DNA of 64,000 nucleotides from a virus: positions 1 to 64,000 of IMG/VR virus record IMGVR_UViG_3300028840_002150, one strand, 5' to 3'. Positions 1 through 10,558 of the stretch are shown one piece after another. The notes beneath the pieces were generated by a model. It was not told where the DNA came from and did not search any database. It was given only the letters and a program-made list of their open reading frames with translations. The translations under genes and the position numbers were made by a program. The number at the start of each line of letters is the position of its first letter. Within the stretch, counting starts at the first letter, position 1.

Positions 1-2
1 GC

Positions 3-485
3 TACGCGAACACCACCGGCACGCTGGGCGATTACGGTTCCATCACCGGCTTGACGCAGGCCGATCCCGGCGTGGTTACGTCCGCCGCACACGGGCTATC
101 GTCCGGGGACAAAGTGGTGCTGTCCGCCGTGGTCGGAATGACCGAGGTAAACCACAACGAGTACACCGTAGGCGTAACGACTACCGACACGTTCCAGCTT
201 TTGGCCACGGACACGTCAGGATACACCGCCTACAGCAGTGGCGGTTACTGGGCCAAAAAAGAGAGCGTCGTTATCGCCAATGACGCCACGCTGGATTTCG
301 GCGGGTGCCTGGAATCGCGATACGTGGCCGCTCCCATCGAGCGGTACGGCGAAGAATCCAGCATCAAAAACTGGCTGAATGTCACCACGCTGACAAGCCG
401 GTCCAATGAATTGGAAGTCCGCAACAACTACATCGAGGACGAAAACGCAATCGCCAGACAGTACACCGTAGTTCGCAAGGTATGA
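3..485 (+). CDS. Virion structural protein, 5'-truncated, with E1 FCCH-like beta domain
   Basis: Frame is open from the window edge. ITGLTQADPGVVTSAAHGLSSGDKV..VVGMTEVN resembles the FCCH-like module of phage tail proteins. Confidence 0.6.
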   Translation, partial: YANTTGTLGDYGSITGLTQADPGVVTSAAHGLSSGDKVVLSAVVGMTEVNHNEYTVGVTTTDTFQLLATDTSGYTAYSSGGYWAKKESVVIANDATLDFGGCLESRYVAAPIERYGEESSIKNWLNVTTLTSRSNELEVRNNYIEDENAIARQYTVVRKV

Positions 486-489
486 CGCC

Positions 490-2148
490 GTGGCAGTCAC
501 CTATGAGGGCATGATCTACTATGCCGACGCGGACCCGTTGCAGTTTCGCTACGGGAACCTGGTCATCGGTCCGGGAATTCAACCGGGCGGAGCAACGTTG
601 ACCTACGGTCCCGATGTCAATTACCCAAGCGGCATGGGCGACCTTACGGTCACCTACGGCGGAACGCAAATCACGCTGCCGGATTGCAGGCTCAAAACGT
701 TCTTCGGCAAGCTCGGTGAAGATGGCACGGTAAGCTACATGCTCCGCATCGAGGACCGCCGCTGGCGCTGGCAGTACGGCTACATCGAGGGCACGTACAA
801 CATCCGCGAGGGCAAGGGCAACGTCCGTTTGGTCCGCAAAAAAAACGCCCGTGAATTAGCGGAAATCCTGCTGGACGCCATGAGCGAAACGGGATACGAC
901 ATCGACGCGTTGCCCGATGACGAGTACCCGCTTGCCCAATGGTCCAATAGCCCGGCGTCGTGTTTGCAGCGGTTGGTCGAGGCGTACAGTTGCCGAGTGG
1001 TGTTGGATCCGCTATCGGACAAGGTGATTCTCGTAAAAACCGGCGAAGGCAGCTTGCTGCCATCGGTTGCGGAACTCATCAGCGATTCGATCGACGCGGA
1101 TCCTATGGTGGCCAGCGACCGCATTCAATGGATTGCAGGCCGTTCGCTTTGGAATTTAGACCTTGAGCTGGAAGCGGTCGGGCTGGAAGACGACGGCACG
1201 ATCAAGCCGATCGACGACTTGTCGTATAAGCCGGCGGGCGGGTGGCTGGACACCAACACCCCGCCCGCTTTCGATGAGGTGGACGAAGAGTTTCGCGAAC
1301 TCGCGCAGCAGTCGGTCTACAAAATGTATCGCGTCGCAGTACCCGTGTATTTTGACAGCCTCGGGTTGGACCCAATAGAAGACTTGCGGGACGTGCTGCC
1401 GCTGGAAAGCTTGCAAGTCGTCACAGAAGAATCAGAGGACGACATAGAGCGAAGAGTGCCCGCCTGGGTTTATGGCGATTGGTGGGACCGGGCTCCGTCA
1501 CTGGATGAACCTTTGGAAACCATCGAAACCGCGCACGGAAAAAAGCCTAAGTATGAACGTGGGTTTTCGCTGGATGTTCGCCGCGGCATGGTCACATTTT
1601 CCGAACACGTTTTCCGCATCATCCAGGGCATTGACCCCAGCTCTTCCACAATTCATCCCGGCATCATGTTCCTCCGCACAGCGGTCGGCTATCGGCACGA
1701 AGAGGACGGGGCATGGTCCCGGTTTGTCAAAGAACGCCCCACCGGGTTGCAAGGCGATGCGGAGCCGATCATCCTGCGCCGCGACGACGAAGCGTTGCAC
1801 GTTTGGAAAGAATACAACGGAGGCAACGCCAACGAGCGGTCCAACGCGATCGAAATGGACGCCATTGGGGATTTTTACATCGACCAAGAGTTGCGCAAGC
1901 TGACGCAAAACTCGCCCGCAAGCCGCTTGTACGCGGGATTTATTCCGATGTCGCCGGACGGCGCAATCCAGCAGGTCACCTGGGAAATCACGCCCGAAGG
2001 AAAGTGCTACACCCGCGCCAGTCGCAACACGGAGCACCACCCGCCGGAATTGACCTACCGCGAAAAGCAGGAAAAGCAGCGGTTGAAGGAAATGCTCGAA
2101 CGGGAACAAATGGAGCAGCCCAACGCGGACACGGAGGCGCAGGTATAG
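490..2148 (+). CDS. Putative tail/baseplate hub-like protein
   Basis: 552 aa acidic ORF tightly coupled to neighbouring structural genes; IEDRRWRWQYG..G.YN segment. Confidence 0.5.
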   Translation: MAVTYEGMIYYADADPLQFRYGNLVIGPGIQPGGATLTYGPDVNYPSGMGDLTVTYGGTQITLPDCRLKTFFGKLGEDGTVSYMLRIEDRRWRWQYGYIEGTYNIREGKGNVRLVRKKNARELAEILLDAMSETGYDIDALPDDEYPLAQWSNSPASCLQRLVEAYSCRVVLDPLSDKVILVKTGEGSLLPSVAELISDSIDADPMVASDRIQWIAGRSLWNLDLELEAVGLEDDGTIKPIDDLSYKPAGGWLDTNTPPAFDEVDEEFRELAQQSVYKMYRVAVPVYFDSLGLDPIEDLRDVLPLESLQVVTEESEDDIERRVPAWVYGDWWDRAPSLDEPLETIETAHGKKPKYERGFSLDVRRGMVTFSEHVFRIIQGIDPSSSTIHPGIMFLRTAVGYRHEEDGAWSRFVKERPTGLQGDAEPIILRRDDEALHVWKEYNGGNANERSNAIEMDAIGDFYIDQELRKLTQNSPASRLYAGFIPMSPDGAIQQVTWEITPEGKCYTRASRNTEHHPPELTYREKQEKQRLKEMLEREQMEQPNADTEAQV

Positions 2149-2149
2149 T

Positions 2150-3112
2150 ATGGCCTACCAGGAACGCTATCAGGCCGACCGCTGGCCATCCTGGATCAAC
2201 GACAGCAGCGAGACCGCACCGGCGTTCGGGTGCTTCAGTATCGAGCCGCTGTCCGGGGATACGGCCTATGAGTGGACGGGCCGTTCTTTGCTGCTAAAAG
2301 GCAACAAGCCGTCCACCAGCCACGAAGCGCTACAGTTTCTTCCGTGGTTGGCCATCAACGGACCGCTGCCGGTCAAAGCCGGTTACAAGCGAACATGCAC
2401 CCAGGAATACCCGGCACGCGTGCTGGCGCTGATCGACGACGGTATTACCGCCGGGGACCTGTGCGGGCCAAAAGCCGGGCAATGGTACGCCAGCCCAACC
2501 GGCTGCGCGTGGATCTGCCAGGGAGTGGACCCGTCTACTCCGATTGACAGCGCGACCGGCTACCAGGTGCTTTTCGTGAGCCCGGCGGTCGGCCTGACGA
2601 TCTTCGCGCGGACAGCCGAGCTAGACCAATCGGAAAGCTACCCGGCGACATCGGAAACGCTGCTCCCTATCGCGTACATGGACCGCGACGACAACGCCGC
2701 TACCTGGACGCAGCGCAACGCCTACAGCCAGGGAATCTATGCCGGCAGCCCCATGGGATGGTTGCCGCCGGACTGTGACATCGAAGTGGTACCGGATAAG
2801 GGCGGGTTGCGAATAGTTCGCGGACCGACGCAGATGCACGGCGTGGCCCCAAGCCAAATCGGGGCCGCCTCTTGGGACGCGTGCGATTCGCTCACGATGG
2901 GCAGTGGGACGGTGAACGTCTGGCGCAAAGACGGAACGGGCAAGTACGTACCGCAAACTTACCGCGACGGGTCCAACGTCCAAATGATGTTTTACAATTC
3001 GTCGCCGGAAGGTGCGGTCGAAGCGGATACTCTACTCAAAGCCGCGCTTAATCCGGACTTGGATTGGGTTATTGACTTCGAACCGTGCGACGGGGCGTGC
3101 GAGGCATACTAG
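2150..3112 (+). CDS. Putative tail protein
   Basis: 320 aa beta-rich ORF starting 1 nt after the previous stop. Confidence 0.5.
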   Translation: MAYQERYQADRWPSWINDSSETAPAFGCFSIEPLSGDTAYEWTGRSLLLKGNKPSTSHEALQFLPWLAINGPLPVKAGYKRTCTQEYPARVLALIDDGITAGDLCGPKAGQWYASPTGCAWICQGVDPSTPIDSATGYQVLFVSPAVGLTIFARTAELDQSESYPATSETLLPIAYMDRDDNAATWTQRNAYSQGIYAGSPMGWLPPDCDIEVVPDKGGLRIVRGPTQMHGVAPSQIGAASWDACDSLTMGSGTVNVWRKDGTGKYVPQTYRDGSNVQMMFYNSSPEGAVEADTLLKAALNPDLDWVIDFEPCDGACEAY

Positions 3113-3124
3113 GGGGCGGAATTC

Positions 3125-5824
3125 GTGGCGTGCAAAAAAGGACAACCCGGCAACCCCTGTTGCGGTACCTGTATTTTGCTGAGCAAAACGTTTGCCGCGG
3201 CCGGGGACGTGGACTCGTTCACTATCTCCGACGCGTCGCACGTTTATTACAACAACGGCAAGCTCGAAATGGACGCGGCCGATCAATCGGCGGTGACCAA
3301 GCTGAACCACGACCAGACTCCGTATCCACCCAGCGCCAAGGTGACCGTCAGCGGAGACGACGGAAGTGTGGCGAGGCTGTGGATCAGCTACGATCCAACC
3401 GAACAATACGGCCTAGCCGCGGAATTGACATTTGAAGCAAACTGCGCCGAACTGCGGATGTACCAACTGGACCCCGGCGGTGAAACGTTGATTGCGGGCC
3501 CGTTCGGTGTGCCCGGAGCGGGCGCGGGTGAATCCGTTCTGCTGCACGCGTGCTACCATCCGGAAGAAGCGGATTTCGTCGTCTACATCAATCGCGCAGC
3601 GGCTGGAGTCGGCTACACGCGATATGTAGAAGTGTCCGGCCATGTGGACCAAACCAAAGCCGCCATGGCCACCGGCAGCGGGCACACGGGCACAGCGACG
3701 TTCGATGACTTCATTTGGGAACGTTTGTATTACGACACGGAATCCGGCGCCTACGGGTACGAAGAAACGGAGCGAACGTGGTGCGAGTCGTGCGCCAGCT
3801 CGCTGTGCAAGTTCTTTCGCTTGTCCTCAGCGGTTTCGTGCGATTGGGAAGGCAACGAGGAAGACTGGTCATGGGATGACGAAAACGGTTGGATGGAAAC
3901 CGAGGCGGCGGATTCGGTAATTTGGGCGCGCACGACGGTCCCCGAAACGGCCGCTTGGTTCGAGGATATGCCGGGCTGGGACAACGACCGCTACTTCCAA
4001 ATTTACGGCGTGTTCCGCGCCAATAGCGGGCAGCGCACGTTTTCCGTGTACTTCAACGCAGACGAGACGCATACCAACTACAACACGCTGCAAATCACCA
4101 TTGGCTACGGCGAAAACGAAGAGTGCGGCAAGCTGCAACTGCTGGACCAAGATGGGTCGGCGGTGTCGCAAGAGCACATCGTCTACGGGTTGAAGTCGGG
4201 TACGTGGGTGGAGTTCGCCATCGCCTACGATGAAGGCTATATCTGGGCGTTGGTCGGAAACGCGGGAACGGGCTCAACGCCTGCGCCAGCGTTTGTCGCC
4301 GGAGGACCGAGACATCGCGTTAGCAACGATCCGGACAACCCGGTCACGTACAACGGTGGCCATGTCGGCATTGGCGTGGACGATGCATCGGGCTACTACT
4401 ATCAGTACGGAATCGAAGAAGCGGGGCTAGTCGAAGTCTCGTCGTTCGATATGTATCAATCGGAGGCGTGTGCGGAGTTTTCAGCCCAATGCGATCAGGT
4501 TAGAGATCCATCCGACGATGACGAAGATGCGCTAGACGGATGGGGTTCGGTGGACACGGACTTGCCGTGCAACTGGACGACAGACGACGGCACCGAGCCG
4601 GAAATCGTCGCGGATGACGGAGCCAGCGGTGTTCTCGATACAGATCAAGTATGGTGCGAAGCTACGGACCCCTGTGTGATTCGCAATCTTGCCCCAGTGC
4701 CAACAGACACCGAGGACGATTACGTTTTAACGGGGTCTATCGAGTGGTATGACACGGACACTTACGAATTTACGGATCTAGTCGATGCGGTAGGGTTTGT
4801 GTTTGGTAGCGACGGGACAGACTATTACGAGCTGCGTGTCACAAACAACCGCTTGACTAATTTGGATCCGGGCGGGCCGCGTACATACGACTTGGAGTTA
4901 ATTCAGGTCGAAGGCGGAGTAGAAACCGTCTTAGAAACGGCAGCACAGTTTCAAGATTTTGGTGTGCCGTCTGCAAGCGTTACGGCGTGGGTGGATTCGT
5001 CAATGCGACTTTGCTGGAACAATGGAACCGTTACGGCAAACATCGGAGCGATGCAAAAACAGACCGCAGGCGACACACTCAGTCGCGGCATTGTGTCTTA
5101 TGGTGGTTTAACAGCCTACGGCAATTATGTAGGATGGGCCGTGCGCACGGTAACGGAGCGGGTTCGACTTGGCCCGTTGGGCGTTTACGGAGGAACCTAC
5201 GACGGATACGACGAAGACAATCCGTGTGCGTTTTGCATGAGTGAATGCGACGATTGCGAGAACAGCCAGTCCCCATCTATTTTGCTGTTGAATTGCGGAA
5301 CCGGCTGGAAGTCGAAACAAACGTACCCGCCGACTGAAGATTGCCCGCTGTGTGCTTCGTTTTTGGACGAAACGGAAATATACCTGCCGTGGTATGATGG
5401 GCCGAACATCTACAACATGCCCGCTGGTTATCGGTTCGGTCCCGCTAGTTGCCGGTGGCAAAAAATTGAAACAAACCCGTTTAGTCGAACCGATTGCACT
5501 GTATGCAACGCGGTTTTAGGTCTGAGCGTGTGTGGCCCCGATGCGCAAGTGTTCTTCCGTAAAAAAGGCGACTTTCCGGCAACATGGCCGCTGGATTCGG
5601 TGATCGGGACAAAGTGGGCGGTTATTCTCATGCTGACGACAGCTAGGAATTCTTTGACTTCGCCTGATCCAGCAAACTATTTTGCTGCGGTGCTCGATGC
5701 AGAATCGACGGATGCCATTGACTGCTTTGCAGAACTGGCCAACATTGAATTAACTTTTCAGCAAAACGGGTCAAGTACGTGTTTAGGTGAAGACGTAACC
5801 GGAATAGCGCTGTCAATTCCATGA
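3125..5824 (+). CDS. Large acidic, Cys-rich tail fibre / receptor-binding-like protein
   Basis: 899 aa; N-terminal GNPCC, repeated beta-sandwich-like blocks separated by CxxC linkers; end of the structural cluster. Confidence 0.5.
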   Translation: MACKKGQPGNPCCGTCILLSKTFAAAGDVDSFTISDASHVYYNNGKLEMDAADQSAVTKLNHDQTPYPPSAKVTVSGDDGSVARLWISYDPTEQYGLAAELTFEANCAELRMYQLDPGGETLIAGPFGVPGAGAGESVLLHACYHPEEADFVVYINRAAAGVGYTRYVEVSGHVDQTKAAMATGSGHTGTATFDDFIWERLYYDTESGAYGYEETERTWCESCASSLCKFFRLSSAVSCDWEGNEEDWSWDDENGWMETEAADSVIWARTTVPETAAWFEDMPGWDNDRYFQIYGVFRANSGQRTFSVYFNADETHTNYNTLQITIGYGENEECGKLQLLDQDGSAVSQEHIVYGLKSGTWVEFAIAYDEGYIWALVGNAGTGSTPAPAFVAGGPRHRVSNDPDNPVTYNGGHVGIGVDDASGYYYQYGIEEAGLVEVSSFDMYQSEACAEFSAQCDQVRDPSDDDEDALDGWGSVDTDLPCNWTTDDGTEPEIVADDGASGVLDTDQVWCEATDPCVIRNLAPVPTDTEDDYVLTGSIEWYDTDTYEFTDLVDAVGFVFGSDGTDYYELRVTNNRLTNLDPGGPRTYDLELIQVEGGVETVLETAAQFQDFGVPSASVTAWVDSSMRLCWNNGTVTANIGAMQKQTAGDTLSRGIVSYGGLTAYGNYVGWAVRTVTERVRLGPLGVYGGTYDGYDEDNPCAFCMSECDDCENSQSPSILLLNCGTGWKSKQTYPPTEDCPLCASFLDETEIYLPWYDGPNIYNMPAGYRFGPASCRWQKIETNPFSRTDCTVCNAVLGLSVCGPDAQVFFRKKGDFPATWPLDSVIGTKWAVILMLTTARNSLTSPDPANYFAAVLDAESTDAIDCFAELANIELTFQQNGSSTCLGEDVTGIALSIP

Positions 5825-8800
5825 AATGCGAATTCGCTCGTTTGGATACACCTGACGAAAATAACAAAAGCATTTGGAAATGCTCGCGATGCCGCTTCGT
5901 GACGCCGGTGCGCCATGCCAAGGCCCCGATCAAGACATGCAAAAGAAAGTCGCGACGCGCGCCCGACCGCCCAACGCCGCATCCGCTAAATGCGGTTCCG
6001 TGCGCGTATCGCGGCTCGATTATAGGCAGAGCGGACTGCGGTTGCTCCGGACGGTATACGGTTTTTCAATGCGGAAACGAAAACGTCGATAAAGCGTGGT
6101 GTATGCCGCACGCGGCGGACAGGCCGATCACGAAAATCGTGACGCCGACGGAAACCGTCAATGTTCGGGCGTCGAATCGTCCCGCAATTTGTGCCATGTG
6201 CTTGCACCGGCCAGAAAGGATACCCATGGATTTATCCAAAGTCACCCTGGCATGTATCGACTGCGTGGATCCGCGACTGGGGGCGGCGGCGCTTATCAAG
6301 TCGGTTGAGCGTCTGCCGTTCGCGCACGTCATGCTGTTCAGCCACGCCTGCCCGCAGAACCTGCCCGAGGCTTTCCGCTTCGTCCCCATCGACCGCATGC
6401 GAGACGTGGACAGCTACAACCGCTTCGTGCTCCGCCAATTGCACAAGCACGTCCAGACGGATTACGTCTTGACGATCCAGACCGACGGGTACGTAATTCA
6501 CCCGGAGCTGTGGGACCAGGATTGGCTGGGGTTCGACTACATCGGTTCGCCTTGGAAACCCGGCGCTCGCTACGCGCAGAAATCCCGCAACGGCAACAGC
6601 GGTATCTGCCTGCGGTCCAAGCGAATACTGGAACGAACCGCGCAGCTTGCGACCGACGAAGCACTTCAAAAGCATCGGGACCAGTGGCGGCGAATTCTGG
6701 ACGACGTATTCACCTGCTACGACTTGCACGACCAGCTAGTAGCGGAAGGGTTCCGCTTCGCCCCGGCATCAGTGGCCGGACGGTTCGGGTTCGAGCGGTC
6801 TACTCCCGAGGCTCATGATGCGGACATGGCGTTCGGGTTTCACGGCCGTCGCACGGTAAAAACCAAAGCGTACTGCAACGCAATCCATCCGACTCGCAAC
6901 CCGTCTGTGCAACCTAATTCCGCCTCGCCGTACCGCAACCCGAACGTCAAGTACAAGCTGCCGGAGCGCGGGCTGATTTCCCCGGCAAATCAGAAAATCA
7001 TCCAGTTGGACGTGACCAACGCCTGCCCCAAGCGGTGCTCCAACTGTACCCGCTTCGTGATGCACAACCGCAAGCCCTACGTGATGGACCGCCCGACGTT
7101 TGAAAAAGCGCTAGAGTCGATGGAGGGCTTCGGCGGAATGCTTGGCGTGATGGGCGGCGAGCCGACAATCCACCCGGACTTCGAGTGGATCACCCGGCAC
7201 TTCCGCGCCAACTGGGACGCGGGGCGGTTGTATCCGCACGGCCGCGACCCTATCGCGGATTTCGGCCAGCACCGCACGCAACACCTTGGCAGCCTGCATC
7301 ACCGCCGCGGACTCTGGACATCGCTCGGTAAGCGGTATTATGACCACTATGAACTGATCCAGGAAACCTACGGCTACCAGTGTATTAATGACCATTCCCA
7401 TCCGGGGCTACATCAGGCGTTGCTGGTTTCCTGGAAGGACCTCGGGTTGACCCGCGAGCAATTCGAGGAGAAGCGGGACCGCTGCTGGGTGCAGCGGCTT
7501 TGGTCCGCTTCGATCACCCCGCACGGCGCGTACTTCTGCGAAGTGGCCGGCGCGATTGACAACCTGTTCTACCAGGGCAAGCACGCGTGGCCGGTCGAGA
7601 AGAATTGGTGGAAACGGGAGCAAGCGGACTTTGGCGAACAGCTTAAACTCTGCGACCATTGTTCGGCCTGCCTCGACGTGCCCCGCCGCCCGGCAACCGA
7701 CGAAACGGAGGACGTGAGCCCGTCCAACCATCAGCGGTTGGTGCAACTACAAAGCCCCGCCATTCGCAAGCAGAAGGTAGCCGTATTCGCCCCGGAAGTC
7801 TACGATCCGGCCAAGCACAAGTGCGACGCCAACCCGGAATGGTACATGGAGCAGCCATCGGGCCGGATCGAAAACGAAAAACGCATCGAGCCGACGAACC
7901 GCTCCATCTATCCGCGCCAACTGGATGGCCTAACTGTCTGTGTCGGCTACGCCGAAGCGTTGGCGAAAACCCTGCCCCACAACCGGCCGCTATGCTCCGA
8001 GTACGTGGTGGTGACGACCAGCCGGGACGCGGAAACTCAACAGGTCGCCCGCGACAACGGAGCCACGCTGGTTGTATCGGACCGCTGCTACGATGGCGGG
8101 GCTGGATTCAATAAGGGCCGACTGTTGAACGACGGCTTGGCGAAGCTAGACGCCAAGGACTGGCTGATCCTGCACGACGCGGACGTACTGCTACCGCCGA
8201 GCTTGTGGGGCTGGATGAGCGGCCATGTGCTCAACCCCGGCTGCCTGTACTGGACGCACCGATCGCACGCGGAAACGGAGGAACACGTCCGGGCGATTCG
8301 CGCCGACTGGTCCTACGTGCAAAAACTCCGCCATCACTACGAGGGCGGCGACAAGGCCCCCTGGGGATTCTTCCATTTGGTCAACGTCCGCGCCCAAGCC
8401 TTGCGGAAGCAACCCTACATGCACGAGGGCTTCCCTGCGGCATGTTCCGTCGATGTCAACTTCCTAATGCGGTGGCCGGAAGCCAAACAAATCTGCATTC
8501 ACCGGGCCGACAAGTCGATGGACGCGGTGCATGTCTACCACGGCGAACCCGCCAAAAACTGGTGCGGAGTGGACCCCGAGCTACGCAAGCGGGTCTGGAA
8601 AGTGCTGTCCGTCACATTCGGCAACGACCCCTGGTTGCGGCGGCCCATCGAGCTGCCCTGCCATGTCAAAATGATGAACGTCCGCACAGGCGAAGAAATT
8701 ACCCGCGCCGTTCGCACCGAGGCCGATAAGCCGGTCATACGGCGGCGAAGCGGCATCACGGAGTTCGGTTGGCCCGGTTACGGGTTCTGGGCTCAAGACG

Positions 8801-8886
8801 GCCGCCAGGTAGCCCTATGGAACCACCGCCCCTGCGAGCGCACCCAATTCGATTTGTATTCCATTCCCGAACTGCCAAAGGATTAG
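5821..8886 (+). CDS. Fusion: Cys-rich N-terminus + DUF5672-like glycosyltransferase + radical SAM + GT2-like glycosyltransferase
   Basis: DYVLTIQTDG..W...FDYIGSPW..GNSGICLRS (DUF5672-like); DVTNACPKRCSNC (CxxxCxxC) and GGEPTIHP; FNKG..LNDG..WLILHDADV (GT-A DxD). Confidence 0.8.
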   Translation: MKCEFARLDTPDENNKSIWKCSRCRFVTPVRHAKAPIKTCKRKSRRAPDRPTPHPLNAVPCAYRGSIIGRADCGCSGRYTVFQCGNENVDKAWCMPHAADRPITKIVTPTETVNVRASNRPAICAMCLHRPERIPMDLSKVTLACIDCVDPRLGAAALIKSVERLPFAHVMLFSHACPQNLPEAFRFVPIDRMRDVDSYNRFVLRQLHKHVQTDYVLTIQTDGYVIHPELWDQDWLGFDYIGSPWKPGARYAQKSRNGNSGICLRSKRILERTAQLATDEALQKHRDQWRRILDDVFTCYDLHDQLVAEGFRFAPASVAGRFGFERSTPEAHDADMAFGFHGRRTVKTKAYCNAIHPTRNPSVQPNSASPYRNPNVKYKLPERGLISPANQKIIQLDVTNACPKRCSNCTRFVMHNRKPYVMDRPTFEKALESMEGFGGMLGVMGGEPTIHPDFEWITRHFRANWDAGRLYPHGRDPIADFGQHRTQHLGSLHHRRGLWTSLGKRYYDHYELIQETYGYQCINDHSHPGLHQALLVSWKDLGLTREQFEEKRDRCWVQRLWSASITPHGAYFCEVAGAIDNLFYQGKHAWPVEKNWWKREQADFGEQLKLCDHCSACLDVPRRPATDETEDVSPSNHQRLVQLQSPAIRKQKVAVFAPEVYDPAKHKCDANPEWYMEQPSGRIENEKRIEPTNRSIYPRQLDGLTVCVGYAEALAKTLPHNRPLCSEYVVVTTSRDAETQQVARDNGATLVVSDRCYDGGAGFNKGRLLNDGLAKLDAKDWLILHDADVLLPPSLWGWMSGHVLNPGCLYWTHRSHAETEEHVRAIRADWSYVQKLRHHYEGGDKAPWGFFHLVNVRAQALRKQPYMHEGFPAACSVDVNFLMRWPEAKQICIHRADKSMDAVHVYHGEPAKNWCGVDPELRKRVWKVLSVTFGNDPWLRRPIELPCHVKMMNVRTGEEITRAVRTEADKPVIRRRSGITEFGWPGYGFWAQDGRQVALWNHRPCERTQFDLYSIPELPKD

Positions 8887-8892
8887 ACGACC

Positions 8893-9456
8893 ATGGTCAA
8901 CCCGATTCCTCCGCCGCCCGTCAGCGTTCAGCAAGCCATCGGTTTCGCCTATCCGCGATTCAGCGGACCGGGATTGATGTTCGACGACGAATTCGAGCAG
9001 CTTCGACGTCTCATTCCGCGCCACGGTACCTACCTGGAATTCGGTTGCTGGACCGGGACAACCGTCATGCGTCTGATGGAAGCGCGAGACGACATTGAGG
9101 CTACCTCGGTGGACATCTTTTATGACTGGCGGCAGGCCGTTTCGTATCTGGTGAACCGCTCACACCACCTTAAGCACCGGCTATGGTGGGGCGAGACCCG
9201 AACGTATCACGCGCAATGTGCGCACCACATCTACGACGTGGTGATGGTGGATGCAGACCACCGTGAAGAAGCCGCCTACCGAGACCTAGGCTACGCGTTC
9301 GATCTGGTTAAGCCGGGCGGAATTGTGCTGATCCACGATTACGGCAGCGACTACCACCGCGGCGTAACCAACGCGGCAAACAAGTACGCGGAAGACAACG
9401 GGCTGCAAGTCAAGCGGTTGGTTCGCACCCTCGCGCAGGTCGGAGTTTCGTTATGA
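8893..9456 (+). CDS. Class I SAM-dependent methyltransferase (Methyltransf_24-like)
   Basis: YLEFGCWTGTT, YDVVMVDADH, LVKPGGIVLIHDY and GV..A motifs. Confidence 0.85.
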   Translation: MVNPIPPPPVSVQQAIGFAYPRFSGPGLMFDDEFEQLRRLIPRHGTYLEFGCWTGTTVMRLMEARDDIEATSVDIFYDWRQAVSYLVNRSHHLKHRLWWGETRTYHAQCAHHIYDVVMVDADHREEAAYRDLGYAFDLVKPGGIVLIHDYGSDYHRGVTNAANKYAEDNGLQVKRLVRTLAQVGVSL

Positions 9457-10118
9457 AGTTGATTACCGTTCTCGGATTCCCGCGAACCGGAACCACCTGG
9501 GTATTGCGAACGCTGGCCACGTCGCCGGACGTGGCCGGGCCGGTAGCCGAGTTGGGCTGGTCCAAACTCTGGGACCTGTACCGCGATGTCCGCTTCGTTC
9601 AGGTTGGGCAGCAGTTCAGCCGCTACAGCCTGAAATCGGCGGACTTGGAGCGAGATGCGTTCTTGTGGGGCGGATTTTACCTTGGCGAATGGATTGCCAT
9701 GAACGGCGTGGCCGGGGCTTTCGACGCTATGGCCCGTCCGTACATCCGCAGGAATCACAGGGCGTTTGCCGAAAAAACGCCGATCTTAGGGCGATACCCG
9801 GCGGACTGGCCCACGGGCTATCTGGCCAAAAGCCGGGTGTTCACCGACGCGGCGGTCATTGTCTGTCAGCGGGACTTTGCCGAAACCCGAGCATCCGCGC
9901 TGAACCACTACGGCCCGCGAATCGAGCAGCAATTTCCCCAAGACCGGTTCGAAGAATACTACGACCGGTTCTACGAAGACGCGGCCCGGCGTGACAACGT
10001 GCTGTGGTTGCAGCACGCTGAAACCGCCGACAAGCCGGAGGAAACCGCCCGAGCAATTTGGAAATTTTGCGGCGTGCAAGCGGGCACGCCCGTGCCCTGG
10101 ACGCAAAAAACTGGCTGA
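9453..10118 (+). CDS. Sulfotransferase family protein
   Basis: PAPS-binding loop VLGFPRTGTTWV; EKTP; IVCQRD....AS 3'-phosphate-binding motif. Confidence 0.75.
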   Translation: MKLITVLGFPRTGTTWVLRTLATSPDVAGPVAELGWSKLWDLYRDVRFVQVGQQFSRYSLKSADLERDAFLWGGFYLGEWIAMNGVAGAFDAMARPYIRRNHRAFAEKTPILGRYPADWPTGYLAKSRVFTDAAVIVCQRDFAETRASALNHYGPRIEQQFPQDRFEEYYDRFYEDAARRDNVLWLQHAETADKPEETARAIWKFCGVQAGTPVPWTQKTG

Positions 10119-10131
10119 TGCGGCCACTGTA

Positions 10132-10416
10132 TCAGGGCTGCTGGCATTGCGGGGAGCTGGGGCAATGGCACGGCCCGAGGTCCCGAATCCAACCTGCCAT
10201 CGGGCCGGCGGTATAGCGGACGTACCGCGCACAATCCGCCGGATCCCGATGCCCCTGCCCCGCGTATTGACCGTAAGGCGGCGGTGGAATTGTGCCCGGT
10301 GGGTAGTCAATGGGGTAGCTAACAGCAGGCGGCTGCATCGCTTGATGAACAAACAACCCGCCCGCCAGCCCCCCGACAAGCAACCCCACCACCAAAACGG
10401 CTGATTTTGCAAGCAT
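10132..10416 (-). CDS. Small secreted/membrane-anchored Pro/Cys-rich protein
   Basis: MLAKSAVLVVGLLVGGLAGG signal-like N-terminus; fills the gap between plus-strand units. Confidence 0.5.
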   Translation of the reverse strand: MLAKSAVLVVGLLVGGLAGGLFVHQAMQPPAVSYPIDYPPGTIPPPPYGQYAGQGHRDPADCARYVRYTAGPMAGWIRDLGPCHCPSSPQCQQP

Positions 10417-10503
10417 ATCGGTTCCAGTACAAAAAACGCCCCTGTGTCCGGTTTCATTATTGACGTGCCGCACCGAATCAGTCAAGATATTCTGCAATTC
10501 GGC

Positions 10504-10529
10504 CAATATCAGCGCCCATTCCGCGAATA
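10504..10529 (+). promoter_or_regulatory. Repeated promoter-like motif CAATATC-N13-CGAATA (copy 1 of 22)
   Basis: caatatc agcgcccattccg cgaata, followed by GGAGG and GTG at 10559. Confidence 0.75.
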
Positions 10530-10558
10530 ACCCGCAAAGGACATCCCAGGAGGGCGAC

